The notes under the pieces are model-generated. The model was given only the letters and a program-made list of their open reading frames with translations, was not told the DNA's origin and did no database searches. A stretch of DNA of 64,000 nt from a bacterium BMS3Bbin13 (lineage in GTDB: Bacteria > Pseudomonadota > Gammaproteobacteria > 21-64-14), in contig BDTW01000052.1 in the NCBI GenBank assembly GCA_002897735.1, forward strand, positions 634 to 64,633, given 5' to 3'. This document shows positions 10,301 through 18,413 of this stretch, piece by piece (the stretch's first letter is position 1; each line of letters opens with the position of its first letter). The position numbers were made by a program, and so were the translations under genes.

Positions 10301-10985
10301 CGAGGGGTTCGGCGTCCGTGGCCGCGCCGATCCGACCGGCGGCGGTGCCGGCGAGTCGTCGTTCGGCGGCCTCCAGGAAGGCGTTCTGCACGGCATCCTT
10401 ATGGCGGTTCAGGACGCCCAGGGCCTGGAGATTCGCGTTCTGCACGGCAATCTCGCGACTGTCTTCGGCGGCCTGGAACAGGACCTCGTTGAGATCCTGA
10501 TAGAACCGCTGGATGAGCGGTGCCAGTATCTCGCGTACCCGGTGGTTGCATCCTTGCACCACTCGGGGGCGATCCGCCGGATTCAGCGCCTGGTCGGCGT
10601 CCGTCGCGACGGCCCCGTTCGAGACCGTTTGCCGGGCGAGGTCCCGGACGGTTTCCTGCAGCCGCTGCAGGGCGGAGAGATCCGGGTCGATGAAGGCCAG
10701 CCCGGCGCTGTCGCCATCGGCGTGCACGATGCGGCCCCGGAAGTCGAGGTGCGACCGATCCCCGCCGGGAGGCAGGGCGCAATGCACGGTGACGGTTTCC
10801 CCGACGGACAGCGCCAGGGGGGACGGGAAGCCGAGCAGCAGCCCCCCCAGGCAATACTGGCGCACGGTGCACGGGCGCGGAGCGGCCCCCGGTATTTGGA
10901 GTTGCGCCGCCAGTCGCGCCGGCTCGCGGCGAAAAGCGCGACGATCACGGCCGTCACCGCGGGGCGTGGGTTCGCGTGAGGCCAT
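7392..10985 (-). CDS. PilZ + DUF1631-like + degenerate GGDEF + EAL c-di-GMP signalling protein
   Basis: N-terminal DRRAFRR PilZ-like start, then a long helical middle region. HDPLTGLINR..FLDIDQFKVVNNTLG with GPDQF in place of GGDEF. EAL domain with ELL, FEITET, LDDFGSG, LKIDG and IAEFVQ. Confidence 0.85.
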   Translation of the reverse strand: MASREPTPRGDGRDRRAFRREPARLAAQLQIPGAAPRPCTVRQYCLGGLLLGFPSPLALSVGETVTVHCALPPGGDRSHLDFRGRIVHADGDSAGLAFIDPDLSALQRLQETVRDLARQTVSNGAVATDADQALNPADRPRVVQGCNHRVREILAPLIQRFYQDLNEVLFQAAEDSREIAVQNANLQALGVLNRHKDAVQNAFLEAAERRLAGTAAGRIGAATDAEPLAMPASDSLSLVEPQAFEEWLSITGLVGKVETEHRETLTALTRRLSLVLGTPINDRNNPYGPALFAESLQEAIASLDLAHSAKLVCYKALKAGAHTVAGQLYGALNDFLIEQGVLPNLTFSFKRAGEPRTQPPQTRADAGGPAPGDVPSAVDAPDTPSATPGPSTGTGPGGAAASSDPAAYRPAGAGTVSVPDLYQLVGDLRSLQSRLGRSVPQAGVAAGPAAGDSTPSHASTAAGPATARPYNTTELLEALSSPEFRRQLAASSGASGTVDVRRELETVLAGGAHGAASKDIPEHQGRVIDVAGNLFASLLTDLQVARSVRPWIEKLEVPVLKMALLDDRLFLDKNHVVRQVINKLSELEILADSENERERAALQHAFRWIVNLINTEFDGTTAVFHRVARQLDLLLRVQNDTYRKNLGEVVAECVRREPTEEPAPQARQRPDTEDTDEWLRRVRRLEEGHWILFDARRAEPKRLKTAWIAPHSAKYVFVNVLGRKERIVGEAQLAALLHDGDAVVLDAADEPAMDRAQYSMLQKLHRQLLYQAAHDPLTGLINRVQFKKCLAEAVAGAKYTERRHALVFLDIDQFKVVNNTLGYEAGDALLKDLAALLESRIGADHTLGRVGPDQFAILLRDHSVDQALGVVEAQMEELHGHRVSWRDQRLSISVSVGLVGIHAHEENESALLQAAESSCGVAKEKGGGRTQIYHSRHAALSRRREEMKWAMLIDRALDEDALNLRCQKIVPLQEHISQQVWYELLLGLSDELSGQMALQEFIRAAEHYSRIIEVDRWVIRNAFEWIAHHEDELLGIGGFTINLSGPSLNDERLIRYVNEQAARTGVPMHRICFEITETAGIASLSDASDFINVIKSTGCKFSLDDFGSGMSSYAYLKNLPVDFLKIDGAFVRDLAENTSDFAVVKSMCEVGHFMEKAVIAEFVQSERSIELLRGLGVDYAQGYAVERPHRLEELLIA

Positions 10986-11153
10986 CGTCGTGCGGATCCT
11001 CGCTGATACCGTCCCTGTCCGGCTCCCCCGAAGACTCCCCGGGACCGTAGGCTTGCCTCATTGATCGGCGCGACACGCGGACCCTTTAGCGGGACCCGTG
11101 CGTGGCGGGTCCGGCGGGGGTCCATCTCGCGCCCGGGCCCGTATAATGACCCG

Positions 11154-11819
11154 ATGGCCGGTTGTTGCTCTCTACACGCCCGCTCCACCGGGAGGTGCTT
11201 CTCCCGGTTCGCACGCCGTTACCGCCGGCGCTTCGAGCGCCGCGGCTTCGAGACCTCCCAGCGCCAACTGGTCGCCGGCCTGGAGCAGGCCGGCCTCCGG
11301 GGTGCGACCCTGCTCGAGATCGGCGCAGGGGTGGGCTACCTCCATCAGACGCTCCTGGAACGTGGCGCCGGTTCGGCGATGGGTGTCGATCTCGCGCCGG
11401 AGATGATCGTTCAGGCCGAGGATCGGGCGCGGGCGCGGGGGCTCGCCGTGCGCACCCGCTACCTGTGCGGCGATTTTCTGGAGCTGGCGGACGCCGTTCC
11501 CGAGGCCGACGTGACGATCCTCGACAAGGTGATCTGTTGTTACCCCGATGCCGATGGCTTGGTGCGCGCCTCGCTGGCCCGGACCCGGCGGGTCTATGCC
11601 CTCACGTATCCGCGCGACCGCGGCTTCGTGCGCTTCGCCGTGGCGGCGGCGTCCCTGGCGTTGCGGCTGGTGCGCTCGGACTTCCGGTTCTATGTGCACG
11701 ACCCGGCACGGATCGAGCAGTGGATCACCGGAGCCGGCTTCGTGAAGCGCTATGAGAACCGTACGCCGGTGTGGCTTACGCAGGTCTTCGAGCGCGCGAT
11801 CCCGGCGGCGGCCGGATGA
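11154..11819 (+). CDS. SAM-dependent methyltransferase (BchM/ChlM-like fold, substrate unknown)
   Basis: LLEIGAGVG, GVDLAPEMI and ILDKVICCYPD. N-terminal Cys-Cys. Confidence 0.8.
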   Translation: MAGCCSLHARSTGRCFSRFARRYRRRFERRGFETSQRQLVAGLEQAGLRGATLLEIGAGVGYLHQTLLERGAGSAMGVDLAPEMIVQAEDRARARGLAVRTRYLCGDFLELADAVPEADVTILDKVICCYPDADGLVRASLARTRRVYALTYPRDRGFVRFAVAAASLALRLVRSDFRFYVHDPARIEQWITGAGFVKRYENRTPVWLTQVFERAIPAAAG

Positions 11820-11852
11820 GGGCCGGCGTGCCGGTGGTGCGGCGGCGGTTGC

Positions 11853-12272
11853 TCAGGGGATCTGGATCTTGCCGTCGCCCGGCAGGCCGCCGAGTCCGCC
11901 CGGACCGCCTACACCCCCGAGTCCGCCGGAGCCGGATTCGGGGAGTACGATGGAGGAATTCGTCTCCCGGCGTAGCTCCTTGAGTTCCTCCATTGCACGT
12001 TCCACCGCCTCCTCGGTGGCCCCGGAGAAGCCCTGCACGGCTTCCTCCAGGGAGGACGCCGGGATCTCGAAGGACAGGGGCAACGCCCCCATCGGGGTCA
12101 GCAGCTGGGCTTGGCCGGAGTAGGCCACCGTGCGCGTCTCGTCCGGGGAGCCGTCCGCGCGCACCGGGGTCAGCCGCCGAATGGTCCCCACACGGCGGTC
12201 GGTGAAAATCTCCTCCCGGTACAGGCCGCCCGGGTCCATTCGCGTATCGCTCGTCCTGTTGTCGGAAGCCAT
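11853..12272 (-). CDS. Hypothetical cytoplasmic protein
   Basis: 139-aa ORF with natural composition (LYREEIFTDRRVGTIRRLTPV) and a GAGG RBS. Gly-rich tail. Confidence 0.7.
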   Translation of the reverse strand: MASDNRTSDTRMDPGGLYREEIFTDRRVGTIRRLTPVRADGSPDETRTVAYSGQAQLLTPMGALPLSFEIPASSLEEAVQGFSGATEEAVERAMEELKELRRETNSSIVLPESGSGGLGGVGGPGGLGGLPGDGKIQIP

Positions 12273-12464
12273 GCCGTGCGCCTCTCGCTGTGGTTTGAAG
12301 GGGTACTGTTATCGATTCGACAGTTTAACAGATCCCACGCCGAAACCGGCCTCGCCCGCGTGGGACCGGTGGCGCGCCGGGGCGAAAAGGCGCACAATGC
12401 GCATCGGTTCTCCGGTTGGGCAAGGCTCTGGCCGGATTGGTGTTTCCGAGACAGGGGATTGCAG

Positions 12465-13112
12465 ATGAGACTGATTTTGCTGGGCGCGCCGGGCGCCGGA
12501 AAGGGTACCGTGGCCAAGCGGCTCACCGCAGTGGATGGCTCCGTTCAGATTTCCACGGGCGACATCCTGCGTGGGGCGGTGCAGGCGGGTACCGAACTGG
12601 GCATCGAAGCCCAGGGGTACATGAAGCGCGGCGACCTGGTACCGGACGCCTTGATCCTCGGCATCATGGGGAAGCGCCTCCAGGAACCGGATTGCACCAG
12701 TGGATTCCTGCTCGATGGTTTCCCGCGCACCATTCCCCAGGCAGAGGCCCTGCGTGACCTGCTCCGGGACCTGGGTATCCATCTGGACGCGGCGATCAAC
12801 CTCGTCGTCCCGCGTGAGGTGATCCTCGACCGGCTCACCACCCGGCGCACCTGCTCCAACCCCAAGTGCCAGGAGATCTACAACGTCAAGAGCAAACCGC
12901 CCAAGCAGGAAGGTGTCTGCGACAAGTGCGGCAGCCCGGTGGTGCAGCGCGAGGACGAGACCGAGGAGGCGATCAGCAAGCGGCTGGACACCTATAATGA
13001 GAAAACCGCTCCGCTGGCCGGCTTCTACGAAGGCGAAGGGCTGCTGTTCGATGTGAGCAGTACCTCTAGTGATGAGGTGGTGGCGGCAATCCGGGGGAAA
13101 GTCGGCGTCTGA
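12465..13112 (+). CDS. adk: Adenylate kinase with Zn-binding LID
   Basis: LILLGAPGAGKGT, ISTGDILR and FLLDGFPRT. LID contains CSNPKC...CDKC. Confidence 0.95.
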   Translation: MRLILLGAPGAGKGTVAKRLTAVDGSVQISTGDILRGAVQAGTELGIEAQGYMKRGDLVPDALILGIMGKRLQEPDCTSGFLLDGFPRTIPQAEALRDLLRDLGIHLDAAINLVVPREVILDRLTTRRTCSNPKCQEIYNVKSKPPKQEGVCDKCGSPVVQREDETEEAISKRLDTYNEKTAPLAGFYEGEGLLFDVSSTSSDEVVAAIRGKVGV

Positions 13113-13344
13113 TCCGGCCGGCGGCGCCGCGTGCGGTGCCGCACTCGGGGGCGAGGCCGGCGGTGCGTTGCGCAGCGTCGGCTTCCGGCCCCGGTTACCG
13201 GCGAAGGAGTGCATGGCATCGTCGAAGTCCGGGTGGTGGCGCCCGGCCTGCCGTCGTTCTCGACTCCGGATCCGTGCGACCCCGTCGCCGCAGTAGAACA
13301 TCCCAAGCCCGACAGGCTGCGCGCCCGGGGACGTGCCCGCCACC

Positions 13345-14043
13345 ATGAACTACTATCCGCTTGCCCTGCCGTTCTTTTTTATCCTGCTCGGGGCCCTGGC
13401 CGGCCTTCTGGTCATGGTCGAGATCGGTGTACTGCGCTATACCTACGAGCGCATCGGGATCCACCCCCGGTATGTCTTCGCGCTGCTGCTGGTCTCGCTG
13501 CTGGGGGCGTACATCAATATCCCGGTCGCACACCTGCCCCCCCACCAAGTGCTGTCGGGGCGGGAGGTGGATTTCTTCGGGATGCGCTACGTGATCCCGG
13601 TGGTGGTCCACTGGCCGGGCACCGTGATCGCGGTCAACGTGGGCGGTGCGTTGGTGCCTACGGCCGTCTCGCTCTACCTCCTGGTGCGGAACCACTTGTG
13701 GGGACTGGGCCTCATCGGTGTGGCGATCGTCACGGCGGTGTGCCACGGGCTCGCCCACCCGGTCCCCGGCGTCGGCATCGCCGTGCCGGTGTTCGTGCCG
13801 CCGCTCGTCACCGCCGCCGTGGCGATCCTGCTCTCGCGGCGCTACGCCGCGCCGCTCGCCTATATCAGCGGCAGCCTGGGCACGCTGATCGGTGCGGACC
13901 TGCTCAACCTGGACAAGCTTCAGGGACTCGGCGCGCCGGTGGCCTCGATCGGCGGGGCGGGGACCTTCGACGGCGTGTTCCTGACCGGGATCCTCGCGGT
14001 GCTGTTGGCGGGGCTGGTGGTCGGGCGAGCGCCGGTGAACTGA
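13345..14043 (+). CDS. DUF1614 family membrane protein
   Basis: SLLGAYINIPV, IAVNVGGALVP, GTLIGADLLNL and ASIGGAGTFDGVFLTG. Confidence 0.8.
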   Translation: MNYYPLALPFFFILLGALAGLLVMVEIGVLRYTYERIGIHPRYVFALLLVSLLGAYINIPVAHLPPHQVLSGREVDFFGMRYVIPVVVHWPGTVIAVNVGGALVPTAVSLYLLVRNHLWGLGLIGVAIVTAVCHGLAHPVPGVGIAVPVFVPPLVTAAVAILLSRRYAAPLAYISGSLGTLIGADLLNLDKLQGLGAPVASIGGAGTFDGVFLTGILAVLLAGLVVGRAPVN

Positions 14044-14204
14044 GGCGTGCCCGTCGTCACAAGCGGATTGGCGCGCATCTTGCTTTGTTTTGAGCCGTGC
14101 CGAGCCCCCGGGTTTTCGGCGCCGGGGGTGCGCGCCCCCGGGAACAGGTCGCACCGGACCGGGTCCGGCCGGCGATCCGCTCATCGAACCGCACGGGGGG
14201 CCGG

Positions 14205-15653
14205 GTGAATTCCCAGCACACACTGGATCCGTCGGATTGGGAAGCGTTCCGGGCCCAGGGGCACCGGATGCTGGACGACATCCTGGACCACCTGGAGCAT
14301 ATCCGCGAGCGCCCGGTCTGGCAGCCGATCCCCGATGAAGTCCGGGCGGCGTTTCGCGAGCCGCTCCCGCGCGCACCGGCGGCGCTCGCGGACGTGCATG
14401 AGACCTTCCTGCGCCGGATCCTGCCGTTCGCCGTCGGCAACACCCATCCCGGGTTCCTGGGGTGGGTCCATGGAGGCGGCACACCGGTCGGCATGCTCGC
14501 CGAGATGCTGGCGGGTGGGCTGAACGCCAACCTCGGCGGTCGCGACCAGATCCCGATCGAGGTCGAACGCCAGGTCGCCGAGTGGGCCCGCGAACTGTTC
14601 GGGTTCCCGCCGGGCGCCGGCGGCCTGTTCGTGACGGGCACCTCGATGGCGAACCTGCTCGGCGTGCTGGTGGCGCGCACCGCCGTCCTGGGCCCCGAGA
14701 GTCGCCAAAAAGGAATGGCGGCATCCGCCGGATCGTTGACGGCCTACGCCTCCGCCGCGGCCCACGGGTCGATCGCGCGTGCGCTCGATCTCGCCGGGCT
14801 CGGGAGCGATGCATTGCGCCTCGTCCCGACCGACTCGCAGCACTGCATCGATACCGCCGCGCTGGAACGGGCGATCGCCGCGGATCGCGCCGCCGGCCGG
14901 ACCCCGTTCCTGCTCATCGGGACCGCCGGCACCGTCGACGTGGGTGCGATCGACGATCTCACACGCCTGGCGGAGATCGCCGACCGGGAGGCCGTCCGGC
15001 TGCACGTCGACGGCGCCTACGGGGCGCTGGCGATGCTCGCTCCCGAACTGGCACCGCGCTTGCGCGGCATCGAGCGTGCGCAATCGATCGCCTTCGATTT
15101 CCACAAATGGGGCCAAGTGCCCTACGACGCGGGCTTCTTCCTGGTTCGGGATCGCGCCTTGCAGCTCGCCGCCTTCGACTCGCCCGCCGCATATCTGCGG
15201 CGCGAGGCGCGCGGGATGGCGGCGGGCTCGCCGTGGCCCTGCGATCTGGGACCCGATCTCTCGCGCGGGTTCCGGGCGCTGAAGACCTGGTTCACCCTCA
15301 AGGTCTACGGCACCGAGGCGCTCGGGCGGGCGATCTACGGGACCTGCCGGCTCGCGCAGTATCTCAGGCACCGCGTCGAGGAGACGCCGGAGCTGGAACT
15401 CCTCGCCCCGGTGTCCCTGAACATCGTCTGCTTCCGCCACCGGGGCGAGCGGCCCGACGCGCTCAACGCCGACATCGTCGCCGCGCTGCACGAGTCGGGG
15501 ATCGCCGCGCCCTCGACGACCACCCTGAACGGGCGCCTGGCGATCCGCGCGGCGATCGTCAATCACCGTACCGAGCGGCGCGACCTCGATGCGCTCATCG
15601 ACGCGACGTTGAAATTCGGCGCGCGCTGCGCGCGCGCCCCCGGCGCCTCATGA
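14205..15653 (+). CDS. Group II PLP-dependent decarboxylase (AADC/DABA-decarboxylase-like)
   Basis: HPGFLGWV, GTSMANL, LHVDGAYG, DFHKWGQVPYDAG and LSRGFRALK. GTG start inferred. Confidence 0.9.
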   Translation: MNSQHTLDPSDWEAFRAQGHRMLDDILDHLEHIRERPVWQPIPDEVRAAFREPLPRAPAALADVHETFLRRILPFAVGNTHPGFLGWVHGGGTPVGMLAEMLAGGLNANLGGRDQIPIEVERQVAEWARELFGFPPGAGGLFVTGTSMANLLGVLVARTAVLGPESRQKGMAASAGSLTAYASAAAHGSIARALDLAGLGSDALRLVPTDSQHCIDTAALERAIAADRAAGRTPFLLIGTAGTVDVGAIDDLTRLAEIADREAVRLHVDGAYGALAMLAPELAPRLRGIERAQSIAFDFHKWGQVPYDAGFFLVRDRALQLAAFDSPAAYLRREARGMAAGSPWPCDLGPDLSRGFRALKTWFTLKVYGTEALGRAIYGTCRLAQYLRHRVEETPELELLAPVSLNIVCFRHRGERPDALNADIVAALHESGIAAPSTTTLNGRLAIRAAIVNHRTERRDLDALIDATLKFGARCARAPGAS

Positions 15654-16870
15654 GTTCCGATCCGGATACGCCGCGGCGCACCGTGGGCCGCACCCCGCTG
15701 ATGGGTCTGGCGACGCTGATGGAGCGGGTGTTCGCCGGCGCCGGTCTCGGTCCCTTGGCGCAACGCCTGATCGACCGGGCGAGCGCCGATCCCGAAGACG
15801 CGGAGGCGTTGCTCGACCTGTCGAGCGCCCTCTATCTTGCGAACAACCCCGATCTCGCCCGCGCCACGCAGGAGCAGGCGCTGGCGATCCGCCGGCTCTA
15901 TTCGCTCGCGCGCCCGGCGGATCCGCCCGGCCTGCGCGTGCTCGCGATCATGGCGCCGGGCGAACCGTCGGCCAATACACCCGTCGACTTCCTGGTCGAG
16001 AATTCCGATGTCGCGCTCGACCTCTACTATCTGGTGCCCGGCCGGCCGGAGGCGCCCCCGGTGGACGACTATGACCGGATATTCGTCGCCGTGGGCGAAT
16101 CCGACCGCAACGCCCCCATCCTGCGGGAGGCCGAGGCGTTACTGGCGGGGTGCGCGTGTCCGGTGCTCAATGCGCCGGCGCACATCGCCCGCCTGTCCCG
16201 CGATCACGTATTCGCGGCCCTGCACTCGGCCCCGGGGATCGTCGTGCCGGCCACCGCGCGCGTCGGCCGGCACGCGCTCGAAGGGATCGCGGCGCAAGGT
16301 CCCGCCGCCCATCCGGTCGTGGAAGGCGCGGGGTTCCCGATCGTCGTCCGCCCGGTCGGTTCGCACGCCGGCCGGGGGCTGGCGAAACTCGACGCGCCCT
16401 CCGCCCTCCCCGAGTACCTGCGCACCGCGCCGGGGGACGAGTTCTACGCGATGCCGTTCGTGGACTACCGGGGGGCCGACGGCCTGTTCCGAAAATACCG
16501 CGTGGTCCTGATCGGGGGCCGGCCCTATGCCTGCCACATGGCGATCTCCGATCACTGGATGATCCACTATCTCAACGCCGGCATGGGGGAGAGCGCCGCC
16601 AAGCGCGCCGAGGAGGCCCGCTTCTTCGCTCGGTTCGAGGAGGACTTTGCGCGACGCCACCACGACGCGCTCCGGACCCTCGGCGAAGGCGTGGCGCTCG
16701 ACTACTTCGGTATCGATTGCGGCGAGACCGCGACCGGTGAACTGCTGATCTTCGAGGTCGACAGCGCACTGATCGTCCACGCGCTGGATCCGGTCGATCT
16801 CTATCCGTACAAACCGCCCCAGATGCGCAAGGTGTTCGACGCGTTTCGCGCGCTGCTCGGCGCCGGCTGA
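15650..16870 (+). CDS. ATP-grasp fold protein with N-terminal TPR-like segment (RimK/GshB-like ligase candidate)
   Basis: ATG overlaps the decarboxylase TGA (ATGA). FPIVVRPVGSHAGRGL, FRKYRVVLIGG, LDYFGIDC and LLIFEVD. Confidence 0.75.
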   Translation: MSSDPDTPRRTVGRTPLMGLATLMERVFAGAGLGPLAQRLIDRASADPEDAEALLDLSSALYLANNPDLARATQEQALAIRRLYSLARPADPPGLRVLAIMAPGEPSANTPVDFLVENSDVALDLYYLVPGRPEAPPVDDYDRIFVAVGESDRNAPILREAEALLAGCACPVLNAPAHIARLSRDHVFAALHSAPGIVVPATARVGRHALEGIAAQGPAAHPVVEGAGFPIVVRPVGSHAGRGLAKLDAPSALPEYLRTAPGDEFYAMPFVDYRGADGLFRKYRVVLIGGRPYACHMAISDHWMIHYLNAGMGESAAKRAEEARFFARFEEDFARRHHDALRTLGEGVALDYFGIDCGETATGELLIFEVDSALIVHALDPVDLYPYKPPQMRKVFDAFRALLGAG

Positions 16871-16899
16871 TCCTCGCCCCGCCGGTCGGTGCCCGGGCG

Positions 16900-16947
16900 C
16901 TCCCCACATTGGTGCGTGAGGGTCCGTTTGCGCACTATCGCAGCCCA
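16900..16947. promoter_or_regulatory. Tandem NtrC-type enhancer sites
   Basis: CTCCCCA-CAT-TGGTGCG (16900-16916) and CGCACTA-TCG-CAGCCCA (16931-16947) versus consensus TGCACCA-N3-TGGTGCA. 31 bp apart, each with one good half-site. Confidence 0.55.
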
Positions 16948-17011
16948 CGCGCGCACACAAGTCGTGCGTTTCCGTACGACACACCTCCCGGCGGCATTCC
17001 CACTGCCCCGA

Positions 17012-17024
17012 TAGTATATTGATT
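17012..17024 (-). promoter_or_regulatory. Putative IHF site
   Basis: Minus strand AATCAATATACTA versus WATCAANNNNTTR (one mismatch). Lies between the enhancer and the sigma54 promoter. Confidence 0.45.
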
Positions 17025-17054
17025 TTCGGCAGGTTTTTCCTTGGCTCCTTGGTG

Positions 17055-17070
17055 TGGCCCGGTTGTTGCA
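17055..17070 (+). promoter_or_regulatory. Sigma54 (-24/-12) promoter of the porin-urt-ure operon
   Basis: TGGCCCGGTTGTTGCA with exact GG-N10-GC spacing. Confidence 0.75.
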
Positions 17071-17157
17071 TTCACGCTCCCGTCCCGTGGCGCGGGCTCG
17101 TTCTTCGGAGCGGGTGGTGCGCCGCAACGTTCGGAGCCGTCGACTGGAGAACCCGTT

Positions 17158-18348
17158 ATGAACCGAGCCATTCCTATCCGCCGCAACCTCGTAACCGCAA
17201 TGACCATTGCCGGAACTCTTCTCGTTGCGCTCCCCGGTGTGTCCGCCGCCACCCCGTTGAGCCGGCAGGTCCAGACCCTCGGCGAGAAGGTCCAGCAGTT
17301 GGAGGGGTCGGCAGGTCTGTTGAGCGGCATCAGCATCTCCGGCTACATCGATCCGACCTATGTCTACAACAGCCGCCAGCACATCAGTTCGTTCTTCTTC
17401 GGCGATAAGACGGCACCGTACAGGTTCTACCACAGCACCTTCGGGGACCTGTTTCTGAACGTCACCAAGAAGTTTTCGGGCGGCGGCACCCTGGATATTC
17501 AGATCATGCCCAACCGCGGCTACGGCGCCGGGGTCGGCAGCATCATCAATGCCGCCTATTTCACGGTGCCGGTGACCGGGAAGTTCTCGGTGATCGGAGG
17601 TCAGATGCCGGCGTGGGACGGCTACGAGCCGCAGATTTCGACCGGGATGTACACGGTGACCCACAACCTCCTGTTCGGTTTCAGCGAGCCCGCGTTTTTC
17701 ACCGGAGTGGGCGGGCAATACGCCGGCGGCCCCTATACCGTGCAGATGCTCGTCGCGAACACCTGGAACAGCGCCTTCAACAACAGTTTCCGTGAACCGA
17801 CTCTCGAGTACCGGCTCTCGGCGGCCCCCTCTTCGTCGTTCAGCTACGGGCTGTACGGCACCATCGGGAGGATCGCCGGCACCCACTCCGGCACGGGACC
17901 CACCACACGGTTCTTCAACGACCTGGACGCCACTTACAAGAGCGGTCCGCTGACCCTCAGCGGCCAGCTCGACCACGGCTACCAGAAACGCGGCGCCGCG
18001 AACGGCCGGACCGCCGAGTGGTACGGGGCCTCCGTGATGGGCAACTACCGGTTCATGCCCATGGCGGGTCTCACCTTGCGCTATGACTACCTCAACGACA
18101 CCAAGAACGGCGGCCATATCGTGAGCGACCCCCAGGACGGCTTCATCACCGATCAGGCCGATTTGAATTCCGGAACGCGGCGCCAGGCGCTTACCACTGC
18201 GCTCCTGCTTTATCCGATGAAGCACGTCACGGTGAAACTCGAGTACCGCCACGACTGGGCGAACTTCGCGACCTTCGGGCGCGGGGAGACCGGGAGCCGC
18301 CACGACTCCGATGACACCCTGGCGGCCCAGTTCCTGTTCGCCTTCTGA
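17158..18348 (+). CDS. Outer-membrane beta-barrel porin (DUF3138/BBP2-like)
   Basis: Signal peptide and short coiled coil, then ISGYIDPTYVYN. Alternating beta-strands, VKLEYRHDWA, terminal Phe (FLFAF). Confidence 0.8.
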   Translation: MNRAIPIRRNLVTAMTIAGTLLVALPGVSAATPLSRQVQTLGEKVQQLEGSAGLLSGISISGYIDPTYVYNSRQHISSFFFGDKTAPYRFYHSTFGDLFLNVTKKFSGGGTLDIQIMPNRGYGAGVGSIINAAYFTVPVTGKFSVIGGQMPAWDGYEPQISTGMYTVTHNLLFGFSEPAFFTGVGGQYAGGPYTVQMLVANTWNSAFNNSFREPTLEYRLSAAPSSSFSYGLYGTIGRIAGTHSGTGPTTRFFNDLDATYKSGPLTLSGQLDHGYQKRGAANGRTAEWYGASVMGNYRFMPMAGLTLRYDYLNDTKNGGHIVSDPQDGFITDQADLNSGTRRQALTTALLLYPMKHVTVKLEYRHDWANFATFGRGETGSRHDSDDTLAAQFLFAF

Positions 18349-18413
18349 ACCCCGGGACATCGCGCGGCAGGCCCGTCACCACCATCGGAAAACTCGACTA
18401 GGGGATTCATCTC

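Noticed and set aside
11154..11819. bchM/chlM call implying phototrophy
   Set aside because: Only generic methyltransferase motifs are present, with no other bacteriochlorophyll genes nearby.
13212..13296. 27-aa ORF MASSKSGWW... after AAGGAG between adk and DUF1614
   Set aside because: SD spacing is only 3 nt and the Arg/Ser-rich composition is typical of random GC-rich frames.
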